DNA of 64,000 bases from Deltaproteobacteria bacterium (GCA_002731275.1 PCBK01000106.1:37333-101332); one strand, 5' to 3'; shown: positions 20,826-30,658, counted from the first letter of the stretch. Numbers and translations are program-made. The notes: generated by a model not told the origin, from the letters alone.

Positions 20826-21271
20826 TTATGACCTCCGTGGGTTCGTCCTCAAGTTCAGCTTGGAGACGTGTGTTTCATCAATGTGCAGGAACCAAATATA
20901 CCCATCTTTGTACCACAAGTCCTGCCCCAACACATTCTCAATTCCATTTTTTTGCTTTTTTCCGAATCATTTGTACCATGCGAATAAGTACACCGAATAA
21001 GAAAAAAGAGCACCACCTCTTTCGTGGATGTTTTCCAACCTTCAATGGTCAAAGGAAAAAGTCCCATAAAGCACACGCTCTCATTCACGGCCTCAGAGGA
21101 TAAGAGCACAAATGAGAAAAAAACAATCTTTAAGGTTGACAGTTGCATGCCTTCCATGCAATGTGAAGCCTTGATCGAAATCACGTAACATCGACAAACG
21201 ATGATGTCCATTTGCACGGGGCTAGTCCAGTGCGAACAGCAGAACGCAAATGTGAAAAAACAGGAGTGAAC

Positions 21272-21736
21272 ATGAAGAAACGAACGGCATTTCGATTTGG
21301 TACAGCTGGATTCCTTTTCCTGCTCGCTGCCGTTTTCTGGGGATTAGGCTGTGCTCCCAAGTGCACCAACCTGAAAACTTGCACCGCAGATGGAAGTAAA
21401 GCATACACACACAGCTGCCCAAATGGCTCTTGCGCATTCCCTTGCAACGGCGGAAACGCAGAACTCGATTGTAAAGGCGGAAAATGTGTCGCTGAGGCAA
21501 ACTCATCTGAGACAGTCAAGCTCAAATGCTCTGGTGGTGGTTGTAAATTCCTCGCAAACGGCTCTGGGACTCGAGTCCTCGACTGTCCAGGAAACAACTG
21601 TGAGATGATCTGTACAGGCAGCGCAAAATGCCAACTGACAGGTTGTACCAGCGGATGCAAGCTCGCGTGCAATGGCACAGGCGCCTGTAGCCAGACTTGC
21701 AAGGACGCCTCCTGCACAACAACAAAACCCCAGTAA
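21272..21736 (+). CDS. small Cys/Gly-rich repeat lipoprotein
   Basis: ATG at 21272 after a CAGGAG SD. Lipobox FWGLGC. Four consecutive 19-aa repeats of the form xxLxCxGGxCxxxxNGSGx. Confidence 0.6.
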   Translation: MKKRTAFRFGTAGFLFLLAAVFWGLGCAPKCTNLKTCTADGSKAYTHSCPNGSCAFPCNGGNAELDCKGGKCVAEANSSETVKLKCSGGGCKFLANGSGTRVLDCPGNNCEMICTGSAKCQLTGCTSGCKLACNGTGACSQTCKDASCTTTKPQ

Positions 21737-21842
21737 TCTACTTTCCTCCACCAGCTTCCGGCCAAACCCCATCAATCCCCGACACCATCTACACTTGCCC
21801 GATACAAGATAGATGTATCCATCCAACACAAAAGGAGCCGGC

Positions 21843-23621
21843 ATGGCTGCCAAGAAAAAGAAAAACAAGAAAAAAAAGTCCCTGGCACCCTCCAAAGCGC
21901 CAAAAGTCATGACACCCAAATTCAAGCCCATCCAAATCAAAGCGGTCGCTCCACCACGGTACGAGTGCTATAAGAAATGGGATGAAGCCCTCAAAGAGAA
22001 TCACTTTGACGCAGCGTTAGAAGTCCTCGAGGAGATCGACCAACAAGGCTTTGAAGAAGATAGCCTCGTCGGTGCACTCAAAGAATGTATCGATATGGTC
22101 CAAGCCGACGAATGGCTTGAGGCTCTCCACTGGCTTGAGCTGCACAAGGAAAATAGTGACTCTTATCTTCAAGAGAGCTTCGCGATGTACTTGGGTGAGC
22201 ACTTCGAAACAGAAGGTTTGCTGACGTACGCGATCAACGCATTCATGATGGCCGAGACTGGGCAAAAGAAGGTCTCCGCGCTCTTCGATGAGATAGAAGG
22301 CACAGCTGACGAGCTGCGCACAGAGTTCCTCCAAGAAGCACACGATCTGTACCAAGCGCAGGCAAAACGCACCCCCAATGACGCTGAAACATGGCTCGCT
22401 CTCGGCACATTCCAAGTCCACATGTTGTCCGAGCAGGCATTCGAGAGCTTCCAACGTGCGGTTGAATGTGACCCAACCCTCGTGCAAGCTGACGAAGCTG
22501 CATTGATGTTCTTCTTCCTCCTCGAAGACGGTGAACAACACGCGCTGAGATGGCTTGAGGAGCGCTGTGAGCAAAACCCAGACGAAGCCACACTGTGGCG
22601 TTACCTCGGAAAAATCTACCTGCACACCGACCAACAAGACAAAGCCCACGAGGCCTTCGATAAAGCCCAAAAACTCGACAGCACAGACGTCATGGGATGG
22701 CTCCAGTGGCTCGACACAACAGAGCCTACAGAAGAGAACCTCTTGCACGCGCTCAAAAAAATGCACAAAGGGACGCTCCAACACCCCAAACCTTACAAAC
22801 AAAAGGTCAACGCATTTTACACCATCAACATCATCGAACAGTCCGGTGCTCCCTTCAAAAACAAAGATCTCAATCAACTCGTACAGTGGACTGAAGAGCT
22901 CGTCAACGAAGCGCAGTGGTACACCGAAAGACTCAACAAGAACCCATCCAACACAAGAGCCTATAAATCTCTCTTACAAGTGCTCGAAGACATGGGTGAG
23001 GTGCAAGCGCTACTTGAGATCCAGTTGATGCACTTCCACCAACTCGAAGAAGCAGCGGAGCTTCACTACTCTCTCGATAAATTGTTACAGCAAGCCAATA
23101 TCCACGAAGCGATGTTGCCCTGGCACGTACTCAAAGAACACATCGAGAAAAAACTCGTCGACGCAGAAGCCCCCGAAGATGTCATCATGTACATCCAAGA
23201 TTTGATCAAAATCTACGATATGGCTTCGCGTGCTGAGGATGAAGAAGAAGTCGAAGGATTTCCACGCTCAAAAGAATACGGTATCTGGGATCCCATCATC
23301 AACGAAATCGTCAGACGTGGCCTTACCACCGATGATGACGATCTCAAAGAGGCTTACCAACAACTCTTGCTGATGGTTTTTGTCGGCCATCTAGAGTTCG
23401 CCCCCTCACACGCCCAAAGTATTGTCCAAGACAAAATCCCTATTGAAGGCGAAGCGCCCGACCCCAGCGATGAGAATGACCTGAGCTCCTACCTGGACAG
23501 ACAAAACCGTCCTGTAGGCTCGACGACAAGCGATTCGGGAATTGGTAAAACGTTTATGCAAATCGGTATCGTCGCGTTGATCTTGATCGCAATCACTGTC
23601 GCCCTCATGCAGCTGCGATAA
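21843..23621 (+). CDS. TPR/helical-repeat protein with C-terminal membrane anchor
   Basis: ATG at 21843 follows AAGGAG with a 5-nt spacer. Lys-rich N-terminus, TPR-like repeats, and a terminal TM helix IGIVALILIAITVALM. Confidence 0.6.
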   Translation: MAAKKKKNKKKKSLAPSKAPKVMTPKFKPIQIKAVAPPRYECYKKWDEALKENHFDAALEVLEEIDQQGFEEDSLVGALKECIDMVQADEWLEALHWLELHKENSDSYLQESFAMYLGEHFETEGLLTYAINAFMMAETGQKKVSALFDEIEGTADELRTEFLQEAHDLYQAQAKRTPNDAETWLALGTFQVHMLSEQAFESFQRAVECDPTLVQADEAALMFFFLLEDGEQHALRWLEERCEQNPDEATLWRYLGKIYLHTDQQDKAHEAFDKAQKLDSTDVMGWLQWLDTTEPTEENLLHALKKMHKGTLQHPKPYKQKVNAFYTINIIEQSGAPFKNKDLNQLVQWTEELVNEAQWYTERLNKNPSNTRAYKSLLQVLEDMGEVQALLEIQLMHFHQLEEAAELHYSLDKLLQQANIHEAMLPWHVLKEHIEKKLVDAEAPEDVIMYIQDLIKIYDMASRAEDEEEVEGFPRSKEYGIWDPIINEIVRRGLTTDDDDLKEAYQQLLLMVFVGHLEFAPSHAQSIVQDKIPIEGEAPDPSDENDLSSYLDRQNRPVGSTTSDSGIGKTFMQIGIVALILIAITVALMQLR

Positions 23622-23663
23622 GGCTGTCGCAAGGAAAAAGCGCTCACAGCGCGTTGGTTGCCT

Positions 23664-25769
23664 TTACCCTCCCAAGATCTCCAACCACTCCTCCATCTTC
23701 TTGGCCAGTCCGCCTTCCAACTCCAGCGGAGGTTGCGGACGAGACAAAAAGTACCCTTGCCCAGCATCACACCCCAACTCTTTCAAAATGGAGAGGTGTT
23801 CGCGCTTCTCGATCCCCTCCGCGATCACCTTCACACCGAGCTTTTTCGCCAAAAGTAAGATCAACTCGACGATGTCGGCTTGTTGTCGATAATTTTCCAT
23901 TTGTTGCACAAAGGAGCGGTCAATTTTCAACGCATCGATGGGAAACTTCTGCAAATAACTGAGCGAAGAATACCCGGTGCCAAAGTCATCCATAAACACC
24001 TGTACACCCATACCACGCAACTCCGCCAATACAGTTCGTGCACGCGTAACATCGGAGATCAAGACACTCTCTGTGACCTCGATCTTCAGGTGCTCAGGCT
24101 TTACGCCTGCGTCATCAAGTGCCTTATCTATGAAGGTCACCACGTCGGGCATCATAAAATGTCGGGAGGAGAGATTGACGCTGATGTAAAAATCGCGGTT
24201 CTCACAACGCTCCAACCATAATGTCGACTGGCGTAAAGCCTCACACAGGACCCAGCGATCAAGCTGCACGATCAACTCAGACTCTTCAGCAACCGGAATA
24301 AACTTGCCAGGAGACACCATCCCTCTCTTCGGGTGTTCCCATCGCACAAGGGTCTCAAACCCAATGAGTTGGCCTGTGGTGAGTGAAACGATAGGTTGGT
24401 AATGTGCCCGTAGTTCGCCGCGTTGTATGCCCATGCGCAGCTCACTTTCGAGTGAGAAGCGGCTGAGTACGTCGAGGTGCATGTGTTTTTGGAAGAGCGT
24501 TGAACGTCCGCGTCCCCCCTCCTTCGAGCGATACATTGCGGCATCTGCGTCTCGTAGAAGATCACCAGGCTCGTGGTAATCGCCATCGCAATGTGTAATC
24601 CCGATGCTCGCGCTGATAAACACCTCGCGCCCCATCAACGTAAAAGGTTGTTCAATCTCCGAAAGCAACCTTTGTGCGATGTTGTGGACATCCTCTTTTG
24701 ATTGAATACTGTCGAGGACGACTGCGAATTCGTCACCTCCCAGCCGCGCGACCAGATCATTTTCACGCAGTGTCTTTACGAGCCGTTCTCCCAACACAAC
24801 CAACAACTCATCTCCGGCTGTATGGCCGAGACTGTCGTTGACATTTTTGAACCTGTCCAGATCCAAAAACAACACCGCGAAGAGATAGTTATCGTGTCGA
24901 TGGTGCCGTGCGATTGCATTTTTAAGGGTCTGCATCAACATCGCGCGGTTCGGTAGTTTTGTGAGGGAATCGTACAATGCGAAGTGACGTAACTTCTCCT
25001 CTGACTCCTTGCGCTCCGTGATATCCTCCATCACGAGGATGAGCTCCTCTTCATGGTGTGTGTCATCGGATAGCGAGATCATCAAAAGAGCCCAAAACTC
25101 AGTGCCATTCGAATGGTGTAGCTGTACCTCTAAACGTACATCGTCGATGTCTTTCTCTTCAGCATTCTCCAACTCTTGTTGAAGAACAGAAAAGGTCTGT
25201 TCACCGATAAGACTGGCGAGTTTTTCATGAATGAGCTCACACGCTTCGAGCTGTACGAGCTCACAGACTTTGCGATTGACATCGAGAATGGTGAAATCTC
25301 GACTGAGCTGAAGGATCCCAACCCCCGCCATCTCAAACGTTCGGCGAAATCGGTTCTTGGTCTTCTCAATTTCGCGCAATAATGTTTTTCTTTGCTTGGC
25401 GTGGGCGATCGCACGAAAGAGGAGCTTTGGGCTGAGATCGGACTTGTTCAGATAGTCTTGTGCACCGCGTCGAACAGCCTCTAAAGAGATCTCTTCGTTG
25501 TCTTTCCCTGTCAACACAAGGATGGGACAATCTGTCGCCAATGTCACCATCTGATCGAGCGTTTCAAGTCCGCTACTGTCGGGCAGAGAGAGATCCAACA
25601 GGACAAGATCAAATCGCCCTTCTTCGAACATATCTAGTGCACTGGAGAGGTTCAAGGCATTGTCAAACGTGTATTGTGAGGGCTTGTACCGACGAAACAT
25701 CTCCCGCAGCAGGAACACAAAATCCACGTCATCTTCGACGATAAGAAGATGTTCACTGCGCCTATTCAT
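23664..25769 (-). CDS. response regulator with PAS, GGDEF and EAL domains (c-di-GMP turnover)
   Basis: REC domain (LLIVEDD ... LVLLDLSLPD). GGDEF (RLGGDEFAVVL). EAL-type motifs (ETLVRW, DDFGTGYSSL, LKIDRSF). The ATG at 25769 is preceded by AAGGAG. Confidence 0.9.
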   Translation of the reverse strand: MNRRSEHLLIVEDDVDFVFLLREMFRRYKPSQYTFDNALNLSSALDMFEEGRFDLVLLDLSLPDSSGLETLDQMVTLATDCPILVLTGKDNEEISLEAVRRGAQDYLNKSDLSPKLLFRAIAHAKQRKTLLREIEKTKNRFRRTFEMAGVGILQLSRDFTILDVNRKVCELVQLEACELIHEKLASLIGEQTFSVLQQELENAEEKDIDDVRLEVQLHHSNGTEFWALLMISLSDDTHHEEELILVMEDITERKESEEKLRHFALYDSLTKLPNRAMLMQTLKNAIARHHRHDNYLFAVLFLDLDRFKNVNDSLGHTAGDELLVVLGERLVKTLRENDLVARLGGDEFAVVLDSIQSKEDVHNIAQRLLSEIEQPFTLMGREVFISASIGITHCDGDYHEPGDLLRDADAAMYRSKEGGRGRSTLFQKHMHLDVLSRFSLESELRMGIQRGELRAHYQPIVSLTTGQLIGFETLVRWEHPKRGMVSPGKFIPVAEESELIVQLDRWVLCEALRQSTLWLERCENRDFYISVNLSSRHFMMPDVVTFIDKALDDAGVKPEHLKIEVTESVLISDVTRARTVLAELRGMGVQVFMDDFGTGYSSLSYLQKFPIDALKIDRSFVQQMENYRQQADIVELILLLAKKLGVKVIAEGIEKREHLSILKELGCDAGQGYFLSRPQPPLELEGGLAKKMEEWLEILGG

Positions 25770-25873
25770 GTGAACTCCTTTGGGTAGACATCGCAAGCTC
25801 CAAAAATGCTATTCGATGAGAGCACAAAAAAATACCACAGATCATGTACAAAGTCCAAGTTCACTGATACCAC

Positions 25874-27415
25874 TCATAAAGTGGTGATAGACTTGTACTT
25901 TGTGGAGGAGAGCTTTTGGGATTGCAGAACAGCTTCAGTATCTTTGGGCCAAAACACACAAAACTCAGCGCCCTCGCCTTCTTGAGAGACAAGCTCGCAA
26001 CGCCCCCCAAATAACGATAACGTCTTCTTCACGATCGCCAATCCAACCCCACTTCCCTCACGCGAAACATCTAGCTTGCGAAAGATTCCAAACATCTGAT
26101 CCCGAAAAGACCTGGGAATCCCTGGCCCGTTATCCGCGATGCGAAACACGAGCTCTGTCTCAAGCTCACGCACCTCAATCGAGACACGACAAACATCTTT
26201 ATCGTTGTGTTTCAAGGTGTTATCGATCACACTTCGCAAGACGATTTCGAGGGGAACTTTGTGTGTCTGGAGACAGGGTACTTGTGCCTTGATCTCGACA
26301 ACGCTGTTGCTTGGGAAGGATAAGAAGTTGCAGATATCGTGCAGTAGATGAGGGACATCGACGCGTTCTACACTATACGAATGTCGACCAATCCGAGAAA
26401 ACAACAACAAATCGTCTAGCAGAACCCGCATCCTTATCACGCGCTTATGGAGCATTTCGAGATGTTCTTTCGACGCCTCAGGGAGCATGTGCAAGATATC
26501 TTCACACAACCAGTCTGAGAGTTGAAAAATCGCAGTCAACGGGCTTCTCAAATCATGGCTTGCGACGTAGACAAAATCATCAAGTTCTTTGTTCATCCTG
26601 TCGAGTTCCATGATATACTTCTCGACCTCGTGGGAGCTTTGCTTCGTTTCGGAGATATCTTCGATACTCACAGCTACAACTTTTGGGCCTTTCGTGAACG
26701 GGTTGTCCACCATCCCCCACGACATAAACCCCCAAAATTCCTCACCATCGGACCTGCGGCACAAAATCTCCGAGCTCGCCCGACGTCCACCGCTCAACGA
26801 GGCAAAAAAATCCGTGAACGACCCTCCCCAGAAGGTATCATCCTCAGCAAAAATCCGCCCCATGTGAATCCCTTGCGCTGGGTCGAGATCAAGTTCCATG
26901 TATTCGTTGAATTTTCGATTACAACCAAGCATCCAACCATCAAGCGAGAAAAAGGCCCCTCCAAACCCAACTTGATCGAACGCGACAGCGAGCAGTTCGG
27001 GCGAAAGATGCTTTAGAGAGCGCCCCCCTTCATCAGGCAAGTGAGCTAACGACTCCAAAACGAGTCCCACAAATCCCCGACCAAGCCCAAACACCCTGAA
27101 AGTATATCCCTTGTTAGAACGGGCAAAAGGAATCGGTCCTACCACGTGGGTCGTCGTTCCCGTCATTGCCACCTCGTTGATCGTTTGCAACACTGTGATC
27201 TCTCCACCAACAGGTTCTCTTTGACGAGAAGTTTCCTGTAAATGAGAGAAATCAACGAGATGTTCGAGTTCTTTATTTCCAAAGACAGGGACCGTATCCT
27301 CAAGCTTGGATGAAGTACACTCCCACACCATCGCAGCAGCACCAAACCCTTGGAAGAACTGGAACATCACATCATTAGACGCGTCGGAATCAGATTGCAT
27401 ACACCCAACTCGCAC
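25874..27415 (-). CDS. sensor histidine kinase (PAS-like N-terminal region, HisKA, HATPase_c)
   Basis: H-box ASHDLRSPLTAI, G1 DNGPGIP, G2 GSGVGLAIVKK. No obvious TM segments, so it is probably cytoplasmic. Start is uncertain (27415 or 27400). Confidence 0.85.
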   Translation of the reverse strand: MRVGCMQSDSDASNDVMFQFFQGFGAAAMVWECTSSKLEDTVPVFGNKELEHLVDFSHLQETSRQREPVGGEITVLQTINEVAMTGTTTHVVGPIPFARSNKGYTFRVFGLGRGFVGLVLESLAHLPDEGGRSLKHLSPELLAVAFDQVGFGGAFFSLDGWMLGCNRKFNEYMELDLDPAQGIHMGRIFAEDDTFWGGSFTDFFASLSGGRRASSEILCRRSDGEEFWGFMSWGMVDNPFTKGPKVVAVSIEDISETKQSSHEVEKYIMELDRMNKELDDFVYVASHDLRSPLTAIFQLSDWLCEDILHMLPEASKEHLEMLHKRVIRMRVLLDDLLLFSRIGRHSYSVERVDVPHLLHDICNFLSFPSNSVVEIKAQVPCLQTHKVPLEIVLRSVIDNTLKHNDKDVCRVSIEVRELETELVFRIADNGPGIPRSFRDQMFGIFRKLDVSREGSGVGLAIVKKTLSLFGGRCELVSQEGEGAEFCVFWPKDTEAVLQSQKLSSTKYKSITTL

Positions 27416-27603
27416 AAGACATTTTCTAAAAAATGCGTGAGAACTCTACGAGCCTCTCACCACAAAGTTCCGATGAAAGATAAAAGAAAGTTTCACATCT
27501 GGTATGATAAAAGAACTATAAAGCAAACACAAGCGAAGATCCACGAAACCTATCATGTGTGACACACTCCCTTACATAAAGCGCCGAAGAGTCCACGCCT
27601 CCA

Positions 27604-29013
27604 TCACCTAGAATGCAAATTGATAATTCGTTGGACACGTTGCAGGAAAGCACGTCCCTTCTCAGGGTCAACCATATGAACAAAGTTGGCGTACCCTTGG
27701 ATGGATGCGAACAGATCCCCACCATTTCCCCAAGTTTTTCCCTCAGGGCCGTCTTTCTCGATTTGGAATAGCGTCGCGCGAAAGCGGCGCAAAGTCTTGC
27801 GAGAGACGCTAAGCTTCTCGTTCACAACAATCCCAGTCACCTCACGACGTCGACCTCTCCTGTAGACAGCCGTTTTGTTCGGGTGGATCTTCAACCCTTC
27901 TTGGTGTAGCACAGATCGTAGCGACGCAAGAAGTTTCCCAACATCGACGTTATCGTTACCTGAGAAGGTCATATCATCGGCATAGCGAGAGTATGTAAAC
28001 TCGTGGACGCGAGCAAGCCCAGCGAGGCGCTTATCAAGTCGACGACAAAGGATATTCGTGAGAGTCGGACTGGTCGGCGCGCCTTGTGGAAGGGCTCTTG
28101 ACCCCTGCTGAACGAACCACAGCTCACCATCAAGCTCGATCTCCAAGATCTCAGGCTCCGTACAGAGCAACGTCATACAAGTCGAGACCGCCGGAGAATA
28201 CCCGAGCGCACGAAAACATCCCCAAACGCGAGGATAGTGGAATGTCGGGAAAAAATTCTCAATATCGATGTTGACAACGACATGAGCGCCAACATGCGCT
28301 TCTGCGTTGGTGACAATGGAGTGCTCCTTGCGAAAACCGTGTGCGCTTGGATGGATGGCGACTTGCTCAAGAACGTGCTCTAACAGCCAATGCTGCGCAG
28401 ATTTGAGGCGCTGCATGGGCGCAGAGATCAACCGTTTTCCGCCTGACTTTTTGGGCAGATAAAAACGTTGATAGTGGGACGTTTTGGACACCTTTCTTGA
28501 AAAGCAAAGAAAACGCAACGCGCCGATAGAGAGTCCCATCGCCAAAGCGAGATCTTCCGGCGTGTGGAAAATCGGTAGGTGATGAGCTGCAAGTCTCTCT
28601 TCATCGGAGACTTGCGAGGAGAGCGTCCCAGAGTGCCCCTCCCCCAAGTACAAGATCTCGTGCTGTTTGCGCTCTTTCCATGCCGCCGCGCGTTCCTCTC
28701 GCTCGCGGATTCGTCGCAATCGATTCTCTTTTTGCCGCTCTCGCGATTCGAGCATCCGTTTACGACGCGCAGCTTTGATTAACTTCTCCATGTCGTGAAG
28801 CTTTTCGAGTTCGCTTCGCAGCTTCCCGAGCTCACGCACAAGCTCCCCTTCCCGCTTGATGTCTTCTGCAGGGTCTTCGGGGATTTCGCCTTCTTTGGGC
28901 CAATAGCCGTAACGGACCATCTCTTCAAGGATGACCTCTTGCAGAGAGGACGCACGAACACGATCGTAGAGTTCTTGTCTCGTCGCGGGCTGTGTGTTGA
29001 TGATGTGACTCAT
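27604..29013 (-). CDS. retron-type reverse transcriptase with about 145-aa charged coiled-coil N-terminal extension
   Basis: RT motifs in order: YLPKKSGGKRLISAP, GFRKEHSIVTNAEAH (NAxxH), VNIDIENFFPT, LPQGAPTSPTLTN, YSRYADDMTFSG (YADD), HPNKT and EVTGIVVN (VTG). GGGAG SD lies 7 nt upstream of the ATG. The upstream gene's stop is 10 nt away. Confidence 0.9.
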   Translation of the reverse strand: MSHIINTQPATRQELYDRVRASSLQEVILEEMVRYGYWPKEGEIPEDPAEDIKREGELVRELGKLRSELEKLHDMEKLIKAARRKRMLESRERQKENRLRRIREREERAAAWKERKQHEILYLGEGHSGTLSSQVSDEERLAAHHLPIFHTPEDLALAMGLSIGALRFLCFSRKVSKTSHYQRFYLPKKSGGKRLISAPMQRLKSAQHWLLEHVLEQVAIHPSAHGFRKEHSIVTNAEAHVGAHVVVNIDIENFFPTFHYPRVWGCFRALGYSPAVSTCMTLLCTEPEILEIELDGELWFVQQGSRALPQGAPTSPTLTNILCRRLDKRLAGLARVHEFTYSRYADDMTFSGNDNVDVGKLLASLRSVLHQEGLKIHPNKTAVYRRGRRREVTGIVVNEKLSVSRKTLRRFRATLFQIEKDGPEGKTWGNGGDLFASIQGYANFVHMVDPEKGRAFLQRVQRIINLHSR

Positions 29014-29023
29014 GATAAACTCC

Positions 29024-30658
29024 CTACCCTTTCGCGTGGATCATGCGAATCGCGAGCATATGCTCACAAGGTCCCTTGAGCATTCGATTGTGCCGAAAGA
29101 ATCCACAAGTACACGTTGCATTAAACAGCCGATCATCCGCGTCGATAAACAACTCAATGTCATGGCGGTTGTCATTATGAGAAACTTTCCCTCGCACAAG
29201 TGTATGCTTCTCTGTCGTTTGCACATTCGTCACCTTCGCCGCCTTAGCGTCGACAAAGCGTGTGGCTTTCTCTTCACGCTCATTCGCAAAGCGCAGCTTC
29301 GACATGGGCAAAGGATCACGACTCAGCTCCCTCGCTCTATACACGTGTTTGTCGAGGTCATAGATCACTCTCCCCGCCTGTGTGTACGCCCCCAACGCCC
29401 CTAGCACAACATCCCTGTTCAGCCCCAACTTCCCAGCGAGCGCATCGGGAGTTGCCAACCATTCAGCTTTCAGCGCCTCGAACACTCGGACTTTTGTCTC
29501 ATCATCCACGTCCGCTCGCGGTGCCATTAAGTCGAAGTTCCCCGCAGTTGACCAATCATTGGAGGACCACCCAGAGAGACCCAATGTAAAGTTCATATCA
29601 CCGAGATCTGCGACGTAAAAAGAAGGCAACCCACGACCGAGCAGGTGGACGGTGAAGCGCTTTGCGATGGGAATCAGACGCTCAAGGATGTGAATCCGAC
29701 GACGTCCCCACACCCGAATCTCCTCCTCTTGGGGTCCGTGGTAGATCGAGCGTGAACAAACGATCTCCGTCCCCCAAGGATCAAAGACCACACGTACGGG
29801 TTCGCCTGGCGTCAGACGATACCGCATGGAGCGGGGCCCCTTCTTCTCCTTAAAGCGTCTCAATTGCATACAAAAGTTATAGATGTCCATTGGATGCAGA
29901 TCAAACGAGCGCGCAGGCAACGTCATCGCTGAGCTGACCTGCAAAAAACCTCGCACCCACGTATCGGGCAGGTCGATCTTGACTTCTCTGTAATCATCCT
30001 CCCCTTGCGTCTTTACATCAAACCCCGAAGGATCGACTGTCAGCGAAGTGGTCTTGTACGTTCTGATCTTTTGGAACTCATTGTACAGCGCTTGTGAGTA
30101 ATCGATGTTGGTCGTCCCACATGAAAACTCATCGATACGCCCAAAGACCTCGTAATTGCAACCAAGCTTCCCATAGCTCGACTCATCTTGACTAAAACAT
30201 TCGAAGAAGATTTCATCCGGATGGACTGTGATGACAGGGTCCAACACCCACCAGGCATCGAGATTGACCTTGTAGAGGTAGTTGAAATACTTTTGCTTGG
30301 CCTTCTCGAAGGCAGCGCGACGTTGTCGTGACCGGCGTCTCAACTCACCAAGCTCTTCGGAGAGCGCATCGATTTGGTCTTTGACACCTTTCCGATCGAG
30401 AGCAATCCCTTCCCAATCGAGAAACTCTTGCTGTGCAGCCCACTCTTTGTATTCAGAGCGGTCTTTTGGCTGATAACGCATATCCGAAATCACGACATCA
30501 TGCAGCGCACTGATCGCCTCTCGAAAGGCGATCTTTTTGTGCAGCTCACCGATAAAATAAGTCGGAGGACGGCTCGCATCAGGCACGAATGACATCGCAG
30601 TCTCATTCGCCCCCCCCTGTACAGAAGAGTTGCCTAGATAACGGTAATCAAACTGCAT
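29024..30658 (-). CDS. SWIM zinc-finger protein (about 544 aa)
   Basis: C-terminal CxCx(n)CxH signature: C-T-C-GFFRHNRMLKGP-C-E-H. The ATG at 30658 has a GGAGG 8 nt upstream and overlaps the upstream gene end by 11 nt. The tracked GTG at 30676 is the alternative start. Confidence 0.8.
   Translation of the reverse strand: MQFDYRYLGNSSVQGGANETAMSFVPDASRPPTYFIGELHKKIAFREAISALHDVVISDMRYQPKDRSEYKEWAAQQEFLDWEGIALDRKGVKDQIDALSEELGELRRRSRQRRAAFEKAKQKYFNYLYKVNLDAWWVLDPVITVHPDEIFFECFSQDESSYGKLGCNYEVFGRIDEFSCGTTNIDYSQALYNEFQKIRTYKTTSLTVDPSGFDVKTQGEDDYREVKIDLPDTWVRGFLQVSSAMTLPARSFDLHPMDIYNFCMQLRRFKEKKGPRSMRYRLTPGEPVRVVFDPWGTEIVCSRSIYHGPQEEEIRVWGRRRIHILERLIPIAKRFTVHLLGRGLPSFYVADLGDMNFTLGLSGWSSNDWSTAGNFDLMAPRADVDDETKVRVFEALKAEWLATPDALAGKLGLNRDVVLGALGAYTQAGRVIYDLDKHVYRARELSRDPLPMSKLRFANEREEKATRFVDAKAAKVTNVQTTEKHTLVRGKVSHNDNRHDIELFIDADDRLFNATCTCGFFRHNRMLKGPCEHMLAIRMIHAKG

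Noticed and set aside
23639-23651. A short hairpin gcgct-cac-agcgc between the convergent TPR gene and the GGDEF-EAL gene, as a bidirectional terminator.
   Set aside because: It has only a 5-bp stem with a 3-nt loop and no U-tract, so it is below what I would call a terminator.
27416-27603. Possible ncRNA or terminator downstream of the RT: a 6-bp hairpin at 27437-27460 and the palindrome gtgtgacacac at 27557-27567.
   Set aside because: The stems are short. The palindrome has a 1-nt centre that cannot form a hairpin loop. The region is more simply the promoter/leader of the histidine kinase gene.
27604-29013. The RT as a group II intron maturase or a diversity-generating retroelement RT.
   Set aside because: I recognised no maturase X or endonuclease domain and no flanking intron RNA structure. 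The gene is translationally coupled inside an operon. The NAxxH and VTG motifs point to the retron-like clade. I saw no Avd-like gene and no template/variable repeat pair by eye. A computational repeat search would be needed to fully exclude a DGR.
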